Assembly: GCF_052425735.1 (NCBI RefSeq)
Contig: NC_135771.1
Location: 3,782,001 to 3,846,000, forward strand
Reading direction: 5' to 3'
DNA length: 64,000 nt
DNA from: Oculina patagonica
Lineage: Eukaryota
The notes under the pieces are model-generated. The model saw only the letters and a list, made by a program, of their open reading frames with translations. It was not told where the DNA came from and searched no databases. The position numbers were made by a program, and so were the translations under genes. Positions 13,801 through 24,548 of the stretch are shown in pieces. The first letter of the stretch is position 1. Each line of letters starts with the position of its first letter.

Positions 13801-15497
13801 ATAAAGTGAAAACTGACATGAAGTTAAAACTGACATGAAGTGAAACTGAAGGTATAACATGCTCTAAAAGAAGAATAATTAAAAACATTAACTTGGACAC
13901 CCAAAACTGCATGTCATTCATGTTTATTTGTCTTGTTTGCACACTTTACTTTCTTTCAATGTTAATTCTTAAAGCAGCAATGGGAGCTGAAAGTCCCCCT
14001 ACATTACCACAAGATTGCAGGAATTGTGGCCAGGATGGAGGCAAGTTTTTGGAGGGAAAACTTTTTGGAGACCACAGCATGTGTCTCTGCTTGAACAGTT
14101 CATCTGTTTTGCCTGAATAAAATACTATTTTTTTTTTTCTCAACCTCCCCTAAAGTATGCTGAAGGTCACATGCCAATAATGTTCACAATAATTCAAAAT
14201 ATGCAAAATAAATCTGTTTTCAATGCTACATATATTATATGTACAAACTCCAGAGGTGAACTCAAGGGCATCTGGGCTATTAACTAACTAATAAATATAC
14301 ATGTGATCACTGTGTGGCTGCAGAATAAGTAAAATTTGCAAGTCCTGTGCAATGCTGGTGGCATGGATATAAAATCCACTAACATTGCAATGGCTGAGCA
14401 AAGCAAAACAATTTTAAAAACAAATTATGTAAAGGGGAGGTACAAAACTGACACACTTGCATTTTGTCCAATCTGTCTCACACAGGTATAACAGCTAATT
14501 TGAGTTTTGAATTGTATCAACAGAAAAACAACAATAATTTATAAGGCTATTTTCATAACATTACATGGCATACCTGTGGCAGACATATCATGATCAGCTC
14601 CTTTCTCTTCTGATCAATTAACTTTGTTTTTTAAAAATCTCTGCTACAGTGTTAAATAATATTGTACTTTAAGGCTCTTAGATCTCCACTTATTTTGTTG
14701 TCATTTTAAATCACAATTGTCTTAATTATTTTATACTTAAGTTCTTAGATCTCCACTAATTCTGTTATCATCTGGCTGTAAATAAACTAGTCTGTCTGAT
14801 AGTAATTTCAGCTGTTACCAAATCATGTACATAGGCCATTTAAAAGTGATAAATAAAATGTGAAGAAAAAAAAATCAGCTCTTTTCCAAGGAGTGAATAA
14901 ATCAACAATACTCGCTGCATCTAATTTCGAAGCGATTAACTACTGTCTGCTTATAAAAAAAAAAAATATGAAGATATACCATTCTTTTTTCTCTCTTCCT
15001 AAATTTGGCGAAGAAGTTGAGGCCAGGCTGTCTTCTAACGATTCGATTTGCCTTTCTTTGATCAGATTTATACTGATTCTTGCTGAGCTTTCGAATGGAC
15101 AGCAATCATAATAAACTCCTGAAATACTTTCTGCTTCACGCGTTACAAGTTCACAGAGTTCAGCACATTCGGGAGTGAAACCAGCTTCGAAAGCAATTGC
15201 TGAGGCAGAAATGTTTTCTCAATCTCACATGATTCCTTCGTTGGTTGCTTTGGAACCAAATAAAGCCAACAGATGCGTCTTCGGGATAATATTTACGTTA
15301 CAAGGTCGGCAAACAGACGCTTTACGGCGAATACGCTACGTCGAAGTTCTTTCCGCCATGTTGACTAAAATTTCTCTTCCGGTCTCAATTCTATTGTTTG
15401 AGCAACGCCAATCGTAATCGGATCTGAACCGGAAGCGGTCAGAGGTCTCGATCCCGGGTGCTGACCAGAAGGATCGCGGCCTCTGGGGACGAGAATG
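10881..15497 (+). mobile_element. Decayed AcademH-like DNA transposon (RecQ-like helicase relic)
   Basis: 58-bp perfect TIRs beginning CATTCTCGTCCCCAGAGGCC; 9-bp TSD GTTAAATTA; frameshifted helicase motifs GESLIYQLFP, STVAVILPLN (11161-11190) and KVRGIVVDEVYLAIDW (about 11327-11373); convergent CxxC..LFG..CxxC relic from about 15358. Confidence 0.8.
12898..13128. mobile_element. MITE nested in the AcademH-like element
   Basis: TIR CCATTTTACAGTTG / CAACTGTAAAATGG with internal inverted arms. Confidence 0.75.
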
Positions 15498-16880
15498 GTT
15501 AAATTATCAAAAAGATCAAACAAATAATTAAAATGTCAACATCTTTTATCTCAGCTTCTGAGTTTCCTTGGCAGAAAGCTTTTAGACGTCAAAAAAGTCA
15601 CGGACTTTAGATACATTGCGATTTCATTAGGTCTCGTTTGATTTCTTCACGTTTTTAAACTGTGTGTCGTCATTATCCATGCCAAATGCCATTTGATGTT
15701 GTTTCGTTCGTGTTCGTTGGTGTAAGGGCTCCTTAGAAAGTCGATAACAACTTAAAGGTTATATGCCTTGTTTATACGGTCTTACTCAGGGAAGTAATTA
15801 TTTATAAAGTTATCACAGAATAATAAATCGCAGGTTTACAGTTAGATCAAGCGCACGCTTTGGGGTATTCCCTAAAGAAAAAACGTTTACTAAGTACAAC
15901 ACAGCGAAAATTTATATATTGCACGCCTCCTCGAAGTACTCGTTTAAATAAATTGCTAATTGTAATTAGCTGTGGCTGCGCCTCGTTGACTATTCGCTCA
16001 TAGAAAACTCGGGCTTGTAGTCTAATTGTTAATTAAATACTCTAATGAGTGTTTACATCCTTAACGTCTTTTAATAATAATCATTTTTGTAAGCACAAAC
16101 AACGGCATCCAAAGTCTGTCATATACGAGAGATTTCATAGCTGTGTTTACTTCTCACTTTCTCGTGACTGAATTTTCAACTAACATAATTTGAAATTTGC
16201 CGGGGGGGGGGGGAGGTTCTCCTTGGATTTTGTGTTGGGTGTGTGTCGCCGAGTTCCCTCTAAAATCCGTACCCGTTTTTAGACTGGGCCGTTTGTGTAT
16301 TTGATTTTCTTGGTTACTTTTCTTTCTCTTTTTTTCGTTTAAAGTTGAAAAGCCTTCGGAAAAGAGAAATAAGCGATTACTTTTATAACCAGACCCAGTT
16401 TCTCTGAGACCAAAATGGCAAAATCTATGTTCAAATTTCAGTCCAAAACAGCTGAAAAGACATACCCTTTACAAAGGTAGATTGCTGTATTGCTTATACA
16501 GGGGGTGTACTCTCCCCCCCCCCCCCCCTTTCCGAGGAAACACGAGCCATCAGGGGCTGTTATTACAGCTGGAACACTAGATGAAGTCTCTTAAAAGCAA
16601 GCTTTTAGATGTGAAGAAATCACGCTAGACATATAGCTTCCTTCATGCCTAGTTTGATTCTTAGTTGCGTCTGAGAATCTTCGTAATTCATGCCAAATTC
16701 TGTCTCGTTTTTTTTTTGGCGTACAGGTTCCTTAGCGGTTCGTTAAAATTTTCGTGATATGCCTTAAAACGTCTATGGCAATTATTGACAAAGTCAACAC
16801 GGATCACTTGTCATATTCGTTAAACCTGGCACTTCATTTGATCAAGAGAAAATAAGGGTTTGTTGTTATCTTGGTTTGAT

Positions 16881-16951
16881 AATATATATCGTTACTATCT
16901 TAGCAGTGACACGAAAAGAGTTCGTTCAGGAAGAAGAGAGAACCATTACAG
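16881..16951 (+). promoter_or_regulatory. Probable TATA-like box and non-coding first exon of lectin 2 (paralogous copy about 26055-26126 for lectin 3)
   Basis: AATAT(A/T)TATCG..ACTATCTTAGCAG..CGAAAAGAGTTCGTTCAGGA..CAG|GTAT is conserved in both copies; the signal exons start with an acceptor, so an upstream exon is needed. Confidence 0.6.
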
Positions 16952-17499
16952 GTATTGTGGCATTTTTGGTACTTCTTTTTTTCCCTGAAGATTATTTAGT
17001 GATTGTGTTTCCTTACAAAATATATTTTGCGCGGTAACATTCTCCACCTTTTCTCATTGAAGGAAGGGGGTGCCAGACTGTTTTAAAAAAAAAAAGTCTG
17101 CTACGGGCCTGAAAGAGATTTGCATTTCGTTTACGAGCAAGGAGACAAAGAGATTTATTTGAGAAAAAACATATTTTTTGGAGTAGGCAAACAAAGGAAT
17201 TTGTTATCAGGGAAGTGAAGAAAAACGGCGTAACTTTTACGGTGAACAGAAAAACAAAGGTCTTTACTTTAAGAGAATGACAGGCTTTCAATTTCAGGGA
17301 GCAGGAGACCTGAGGAGAACATAGGTCTTTATTTTCAGGGGACAAGCACACGAGTTATCTGCGAAATCACAAAACATGTTAACTGAATATAATGTTTCAG
17401 GAAAATGAAAACATGAGAGACCTTTTGATTAACTGCTGGCTTTTGTTATTTCTTGCAGATTCAGTTAAACTGCACCACAGGTCCAAGTTACAAAGAACG

Positions 17500-18780
17500 A
17501 TGTTGCGTTTGATGTTCATTTGTCTGTTTTTTCTCCTTGCGGTGCTGTTTGGTAGCACAGGTAGCTATATAATCCTTGAAGTCTATTCTTTTTTCTATGT
17601 TTCCGTTCCCGAGTAACAACCCTTACTTTAAGCAAAGATGATGATGATGATGATGATGATGATGAAAGTTCCTCTGACCTAAATTAAGTGTCTGTAATAT
17701 TCTCTGTATTTTTAGAGAGATATTTTCGACGCGTTTGTGAAGGTCAGGCGATGTCAATAAACTGCTATCCACATGTTGTCAATATTACGAGCGCATCGTA
17801 TGGACGCTCTCGACAGGGGATATGTGGAAGTAACGGAAACACAAACTGCCATGCCAGTAACTCAGTGACGGTAGCCAAGCAAGAGTGCGATGGACTGGAA
17901 AGCTGTACTCTGTATGCTAAAAACTCAATATTTGGAGATCCGTGTCCTGGCACCTTTAAATACCTTAACGTGAGTTCAAAATTGAATAATTTAGAGCAGC
18001 TTTTTTGATTCGTTTGAGCCACCATTCGCGGCATTATGAGACTAAACGAGACTGCTAATATTTAAATGAGCCTTACGGAAATTTCTTGATTATACGCGCA
18101 GATCATTAGCAACCATTAGTTTCATATTTATACAGCTATTTCAATAAACGTTGTCGGATCAAAGCTTAAAGCTAAAAGGCAAGACCGTATGGCGTTCTGG
18201 GTATTCACTACAAATTTGCATATAAGCTTCATAAAATGTACAAATTTGTATTTCGTACGTGGAGAATTCACGAGTTTGTTTTTCCTCTCAGGAGGCCTTT
18301 CTGTAGCTTTACTTTCACTGTCGCTTAGCTCTGACTTTTGAAAATTCTTCTAAAATTCAGTGTGACTAAAAGCACCTTGGTTCACATGTCTGAATAAATA
18401 GAAAACGTGCAAATTCGCGTTTGTCATGTTACTATATATTTTAGTATTCAGCACGTGCAGTTGCTCTCTTCTTCTACCCATACTGCCTTTCAGTCTTGTC
18501 TTTAAGCTTTGATCCGGACAACGTTCATTGAAATAGCTGTATAGACATACAATACGTGAACAAGATAAAGCTTAAAACCGTCAGATTGAAACGGTGTCAG
18601 TCATATCTTTCGAATATCTTAATGAATTATTCTTTCTATCTTAATACCTTATTGTTACTTATTTTCGCGGGAACTTGGTCAAACGACAGAAATTGGCAGA
18701 AAACTAAAAAAGTACTTCAAAGAAAGGTTATCATTTTCACCGTTCAAAGTTTGATATCCTACTGTTAAAGTTTGTTATTA

Positions 18781-18823
<43 letters not shown>

Positions 18824-21800
18824 CATTATTACTATTATTATCATTATCNNNNNNNNNNNNNNNNNNNNNNNNNNNNNNNNNNNNNNNNNNNNNNNNNNNN
18901 NNNNNNNNNNNNNNNNNNNNNNNNNNNNNNNNNNNNNNNNNNNNNNNNNNNNNNNNNNNNNNNNNNNNNNNNNNNNNNNNNTTTAATACGGGGGAATGCG
19001 GACTTTAACAGCGATAAAAACAGGGGAAAATACATGGAAATAAGTTGTGCTTATTTTATCATTGCTCAGGTGACGTACAATTGTGTGTTGTCATGGAGAC
19101 CAGAATACCGGCTGCGGATTTGCGAGGGTGACTCACAGTCAATCAGTTGTGTTTGTCATTGGAGTATCGGCATCATTTCGGCGAACTACGGCCGTATGGC
19201 TGGTGGACATATCTGTCCAGGCCCGATAAACACCACAAACTGCGGAGCTGTGGGATCGCTTAATATAACGAAAACTGCATGCCAAGGAAAGCAGTATTGT
19301 GACTTACAGGCAAAAAACAGCGTCTATGGTGATCCTTGTCCTGGCACGAGGAAGTATCTGGAGGTAAGATCTTTTGGTCCAACTTTTACTTTAAGGTCAT
19401 TGCCCTGTATTGCATTGCGCATCTTTACTGCGCAGAATTTTACGCTTAATTAGCGCGCGCACATAAACAAAATGGCGGCTTTTTCTATGCGGCTTAGTCC
19501 TCGAGAGAGGTTAATACCCGATTTCCTCTATAGCGCGCGCCTGCAGGGAATCACGGTAGTTGTATTCATCAAACCATGCGCGCGGCTCAGCAACGCGCAT
19601 CGTTGCTAAGTCTCGCGCAGGGTTTGATGAATACAACTACCGTGATTCCCTGCAGGCGCGCGCTATAGAGGGAATCGGGTATTGTCGCTTTCTCGTAAAC
19701 GAGTCTGGTGACCAATCAATTTTTTCTCATATTTTGGGTGTATAGATCAAATTCTTTCTGTAAAATGAAAACAGATCAATTCTTGTGTTTGAAAATTGAA
19801 ATTTGAAAATTATCGCTTAAAACGTGTACTTTGTTAGTACTCGCAGAGGATTTTTAAAGGAAATCTATGAATTATACAAGGTCTTCCCGCTCCTAAATGA
19901 ATCTGGCGACCCCCCTTTTTTATTTCAAAATTTAAGTTCCCTTAAAGTAATAAACCAGTAGGCGAAGTTTGGTTAAAAATCTATGTTCAGTTTTATTTCG
20001 AGGCAATGACCTTATAATAATAATAATAAAATAATAATAACAGTTCTTAGCACGCACTTTACATACGTCTCAGTGCGTTTACATTTGAAATTTAAAAGTA
20101 AAAATATAAAAACCCGATTTAAATTACAATCAGATAAAAATACGCTAAGGATAACCTAATTTATTTACAATTGATAAAAAATAAAAATAAAAATGACAAT
20201 AAAAACATGACGAACTTGTTAAAAATATATCGACCTAAATAAATATGTCTTTAAAAGTGTTTTAAAAGTGGAGACTGTAGGGGCATTCTTTACTGTTGTT
20301 GGTAGTGTGTTCCAAAGTCTCGGCGCAGCAATGGAAAAGGCCCGATCTCCGTATGTAGAGGTGGCCGATCTTGGAAATTTAAGCAAATTTTGCGAGGCCG
20401 AGCGTAGACAACGTGATGGCACGTATTGGTCAAGAAGATCTACAATGTATGACGGAGCATGGCCATTCATAGCTTTATAGGTAAACAACAAGATCTTAAA
20501 CGAAATGCGTTCGCTAACAGGCAGCCAGTGTAATTGTTGTAGAATAGGGCTTATGTGATCCGTGCGCTTTGCCTTAACCACCAATCTCGCAGCAGTGTTC
20601 TGAATGCGTTGTAACTTTTGAAGTTCAGTAGAGGGCAAGCCGTACAATAGACTATTGCAATAGTCCAACTTGGATGTTATGAAAGCATGTACTAAGCGCT
20701 CGGTGCTGCTCTGGCTTATGTATTTCCTTACTCTACCAATGTTACGAAGCGCCAGGGATGCGTGACGGCAGATGTTGTTAACGTGGCTGGTCATGGTGAG
20801 GTGGCGATCCAAAACACTTCCCAGATTACGAGCTTTGTTTGCGCAGGATACAATGTTTACGCCAATAGAAATATTCGATAATGGAGGATGCCGAGTAAAG
20901 CGAGATGTGAGATGAAGAACTTCTGTCTTAGTCGGGTTGCAGACTAGCTTATTAGTAAGAAAGAATGCTTGGATATCATTAATACACAGCTCCAAATTGA
21001 GAAGCGCAGGCTGTCTTGCTGCAGGGTTCAAAATAATGTAGAGTTGTGAATCATCAGCGTACATCATACAGTCCAGTCCGTGAGCCTTGATGACGTCTTG
21101 TAGGGGTCCGAAGTATAGGGAAAATAACAGAGGACCCAAAACTGATCCCTGTGGGACACCCGATGTGAGAGGCTGCGGTTTGGACTCAGTATTACCAATG
21201 ACAACCTTTTGTGAACGATCATTAAGGTAGGACCTGAACCAATCGAGCACCGTCCCTGTGAAGCCGTACTGTGTTGAAAGCCTATTGATGAGAATTTCAT
21301 GATCTAATGTATCGAATGCAGCTGAAAGGTCCAGTAACACCAATAGTACCTCATTCCCATTATCGATAGCACGTAAGATGTCATTTTGAACTCGTAAGAG
21401 CGCAGTTTCTGTGCTATGGAATTTACGATAAGCTGATTGTAGGCTGGGGTAGAGGTCATTCTCAGTGAGATAATCACGTATCTGGCTTGCAACAATCCTT
21501 TCCAAAGCTTTCGAAAGAAAAGGAAGATTAGTGATGGGACGATAGTTCGAGTATACCTCGGGATCGAGTGACTCCTTTTTAATGAAAGGAAGAACACGAC
21601 CTTCCTTGAAGGCATTAGGAAAAACACCTCTACTCAGCGATGAGTTGATAATGTTGGTAACTGTCGGGAGCGTCTCATTAAGACAAGCTTTCAATGTCCG
21701 TGTGGGGATGGGATCAGATGGACATGACTTGGAAGGTGCTTTCTGGATGGTCTTTGACACATATTCTAGTGATACCTCATTGAACTCGGCCATGGAGCAA

Positions 21801-23578
21801 GCGCAGAATGTGCCAATAGTAACTGACATTGTGGGAATCGTTGCTCTAGCTATACCTTGTCGCAGACCCTCTATCTTGTCGATGAAGTAGCAGCTGAACT
21901 TCTCAGTAAGTTGTTCAACATTATCATGGGAAGGGAAAATAGGTACCGGTTTTAAATGAAACATTCCGTCAATCAGACGGAACAGGTCCTTCTGATCTGC
22001 TTCCTCAATCTTTGACTTATAGTACTGAGCCTTCGTGTTTTCAAGTAACGTCGCGTAGCTGCGGCATTGTTCACGGTATATTTGCTCATGAACGACAAGA
22101 CGAGATTTCCGATAAGCCCGTTCACATCGACGTCTCTTTCGCTTAGCATCTCGAAGTTCCGCGGTGAACCACGGAGCATGTGGGCGAAGGGTGATTGAGC
22201 GTGAAACCTCTGGAGCATGTTTGTCTATAGTATCACGTAGCGCGTTGTTGTAAAGATCCACAAGTGTATTGGGATCAGATTCTTGCAAGTCATGCGTCTT
22301 AAGTAATTTGGCAATATCGTTTTTAAAGGCGTCAATGTCCAAATCTCGCAGTCGGCGCTGACGAAAATGAGATTTGGAGGCTTTAGGTCTTGCAAAAGCG
22401 ACAGAGCATATTACTGCACTGTGGTCAGATGGCAACTCCGATGATAGCGAAAAACATGATAAAACTCGATCTTCTTGGCGGTCAATTACGAGGTCTAAGG
22501 TGTGTCCGCTTCGGTGTGTAGGGCCTGTAACGTGCTGTTTCAAGCCAGATGATTCTAACAGGTCTCTGAAAGTAGCTGCATGACAGTTGTCGGGGGACTC
22601 AATGTGAAAATTAAAATCCCCAGCAAGCAGCAGGTAACCAGGAGACAAGGACACAAGTTCGAGGAGAGATGAAAATTCCCTGAAAAATGTGTCTGGTGTC
22701 GCGCGATTCTTTTTAGAATTAGGTGGTCTATAGATAGTAACAAGCCTCATAGTCGAGCTACCATGACTTATAGCCAAGTCGATATATTCCATTGCAGAGA
22801 AATCACTGCAGTCATTCCTGGATACTTTAAAGCCTTTCCGTAGCAATACTCCAACACCGCCCCCTGCTCTATTAACCCTAGGAACGTGATGAAAGTCAAA
22901 ATCTTTTAAAGTATTCAAGATTTCAGCGATGGTGTTGTTTCCATAAGGATCACCGTTCAGCCAAGTCTCGGTAATTGCCAGGATGTCAATGTGCATTGAA
23001 ATCACGAAATCACAGATCGAAGCCGACTTTTTATTAAACCTTAATTACTAGTTTATATTCGATCCTAACAAATTGCCATTAACTGAGAATTTGCTGTTTA
23101 TTGACCCTATTTGTCACCTATTCTGTACCCAGAATGTAAGTCCCACCAAAAAATTGAATGTAAGCCTCCCCTCCCCCCCCCCTCCAAAAAAAAAAGAATT
23201 TAAGCGCCCCTCGATTGTAACGTACCCAAAGATAGCTGTGCTTTTTACCAGTATTCCTTTCCTTTGGAGAGATTAAAAAGGAAAAGAACCAAAAAATCTC
23301 TATTAAGCCCCCCCCGGAGGGGGCGGGGGGGGGTTCGTAGAGTTCTACGGCGCGGAGGGGGAGGGGGTTGCTTGAATTAGAGAGGGGCTGTGGACTACTT
23401 ATTTTCACAAAATAGCAATAATCAGTAAGAGGGCTTGATAGAGGAGTGGAGAGAGGGTGGGGCGCATTAAGAAAATTAACTTGTAGTCTCGCCCCTCTTT
23501 CCTCGAAGAATTTAATTGAAACTAATTCTCCAATTTATGTCGTTTTGTGAACAGGTCAGATACAGATGCCAGTACTAA
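17500..23578 (+). CDS. Secreted two-domain SUEL/rhamnose-binding lectin, paralog 2; coding exons 17500-17560, 17716-17969, 19070-19363, 23555-23578
   Basis: MLRLMFICLFFLLAVLFGST signal exon; both domains have VCE/ICE, YGR, GDPC and KYL; last exon VRYRCQY*. Same intron phases as the paralogs. Intron 2 contains an assembly gap; intron 3 contains a MITE plus a LINE. Confidence 0.9.
18129..18543. mobile_element. Tc1/mariner-like MITE
   Basis: TIR of about 40 bp TATACAGCTATTTCAAT..CGTTGTC..GATCAAAGCTTAAAG; TA flanks. Confidence 0.85.
18775..18981. other. (TTA)n microsatellite running into an assembly gap (N 18849-18981)
   Basis: Direct observation. Confidence 0.98.
19395..20011. mobile_element. 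Kolobok-like non-autonomous element (TTAA target)
   Basis: TTAA-GGTCATTGCC...GGCAATGACC-TTA(A); a related right end lies at about 25115-25254. Confidence 0.75.
20015..23037 (-). mobile_element. 5'-truncated non-LTR retrotransposon (L2/CR1 group) in intron 3 of lectin 2
   Basis: APE endonuclease (AITETWL, GDFN, TLDL, SDH) plus RT (YRPI, LDLSAAFD, GVPQGSVLGP, YADD); (TTA)n tail; ACCTTA duplicated at 20009-20014 and 23038-23043. Confidence 0.95.
20219..23005 (-). CDS. LINE ORF2 endonuclease-reverse transcriptase (open frame, N-terminus truncated)
   Basis: 928 aa uninterrupted; the frame continues upstream (NKKSASICDFV) to the truncation point. Confidence 0.9.
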   Translation of the reverse strand: MISMHIDILAITETWLNGDPYGNNTIAEILNTLKDFDFHHVPRVNRAGGGVGVLLRKGFKVSRNDCSDFSAMEYIDLAISHGSSTMRLVTIYRPPNSKKNRATPDTFFREFSSLLELVSLSPGYLLLAGDFNFHIESPDNCHAATFRDLLESSGLKQHVTGPTHRSGHTLDLVIDRQEDRVLSCFSLSSELPSDHSAVICSVAFARPKASKSHFRQRRLRDLDIDAFKNDIAKLLKTHDLQESDPNTLVDLYNNALRDTIDKHAPEVSRSITLRPHAPWFTAELRDAKRKRRRCERAYRKSRLVVHEQIYREQCRSYATLLENTKAQYYKSKIEEADQKDLFRLIDGMFHLKPVPIFPSHDNVEQLTEKFSCYFIDKIEGLRQGIARATIPTMSVTIGTFCACSMAEFNEVSLEYVSKTIQKAPSKSCPSDPIPTRTLKACLNETLPTVTNIINSSLSRGVFPNAFKEGRVLPFIKKESLDPEVYSNYRPITNLPFLSKALERIVASQIRDYLTENDLYPSLQSAYRKFHSTETALLRVQNDILRAIDNGNEVLLVLLDLSAAFDTLDHEILINRLSTQYGFTGTVLDWFRSYLNDRSQKVVIGNTESKPQPLTSGVPQGSVLGPLLFSLYFGPLQDVIKAHGLDCMMYADDSQLYIILNPAARQPALLNLELCINDIQAFFLTNKLVCNPTKTEVLHLTSRFTRHPPLSNISIGVNIVSCANKARNLGSVLDRHLTMTSHVNNICRHASLALRNIGRVRKYISQSSTERLVHAFITSKLDYCNSLLYGLPSTELQKLQRIQNTAARLVVKAKRTDHISPILQQLHWLPVSERISFKILLFTYKAMNGHAPSYIVDLLDQYVPSRCLRSASQNLLKFPRSATSTYGDRAFSIAAPRLWNTLPTTVKNAPTVSTFKTLLKTYLFRSIYF

Positions 23579-24156
23579 ACCGACATAGCCAGCAGTGCAT
23601 CAAAAACCAAGAAGTTTATGAAAAAGAAATGATCAAATGTAGCTGTAGAGTTTCCTTGACGAGATCGTTAAACTTCTTATTGACGCAAGTTACTGTCTCT
23701 CTTACTTAACTAAATTTTTGGGATAAATATCCGGACGGTTTCCGCTGAACATTCGAGCAATGAAGGCAAAAATATAATAAAGTTACCAAAAAAAGAACCC
23801 ACAACATGAAACCTGAGCTCTCAAGCTGACCCCGCGAGAGAAAGATAGATTTGAAGCTATCAAATAACGCGCGTTTTAAGAAATTTTATGAGGTTTGACA
23901 TTAATTTTCTTGAGAATGCTTTAAAATTTAATCACAGGGTCACTTAGAGAAATAAATTATAGTGAGATGTTTCAGATAGTATACAAAATGCTATTGCGCT
24001 ATGAGAAGGTTTTTGCTAATTAACTTTTCACTTATTGATCTTAATTCTTCTCCTCTGAACGTGCTTTTTTCTTTTAATGGTAGATGTGAGAAACCTGTGC
24101 TACATAAGCACAACTCCCCTAAATTGATGATTCTCTTCACGAACCTTCTTGACAAG

Positions 24157-24548
24157 TACCGTATTTATTCAATTAAGCGCCCAACCTCGAATAAGCGCCC
24201 ACCCTGAAGGTAGGAAAAGTTAATAAACGCCCACCCCCACCCCACAAAAAAAGCTGAAGTGCACAAGAGGAGTATTGAATATTGAAATTGACTAAGTACT
24301 AAGACTAAGTAAGTTCCCCCATGACCGAGTTTTCTTTGTATTTTACAGAAACTTTCAATGAGCAGTTAAAATTCTGCTTTGGTGCATCTTCACATTTTGT
24401 TATTATTTATTGTTTTGTTACGAAAATAAACTTACTATTTGCTGAAAATCGTGAACATTTAATAAGCGCCCAGCCTCGAATAAGCGCCCACTCTCAAGGT
24501 CCAAAAATTTAATAAACGCCCAGGGCGCTAAATCGAATAAATACGGTA
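24157..24548. mobile_element. Related ATAAGCGCCC MITE
   Basis: TIR TACCGTATTTATTC..AGCGCCC / GGGCGCT..GAATAAATACGGTA. Confidence 0.85.

Noticed and set aside
18772-19035. Poly-Leu/X ORFs
   Set aside because: Artefact of the (TTA)n repeat and the N gap.
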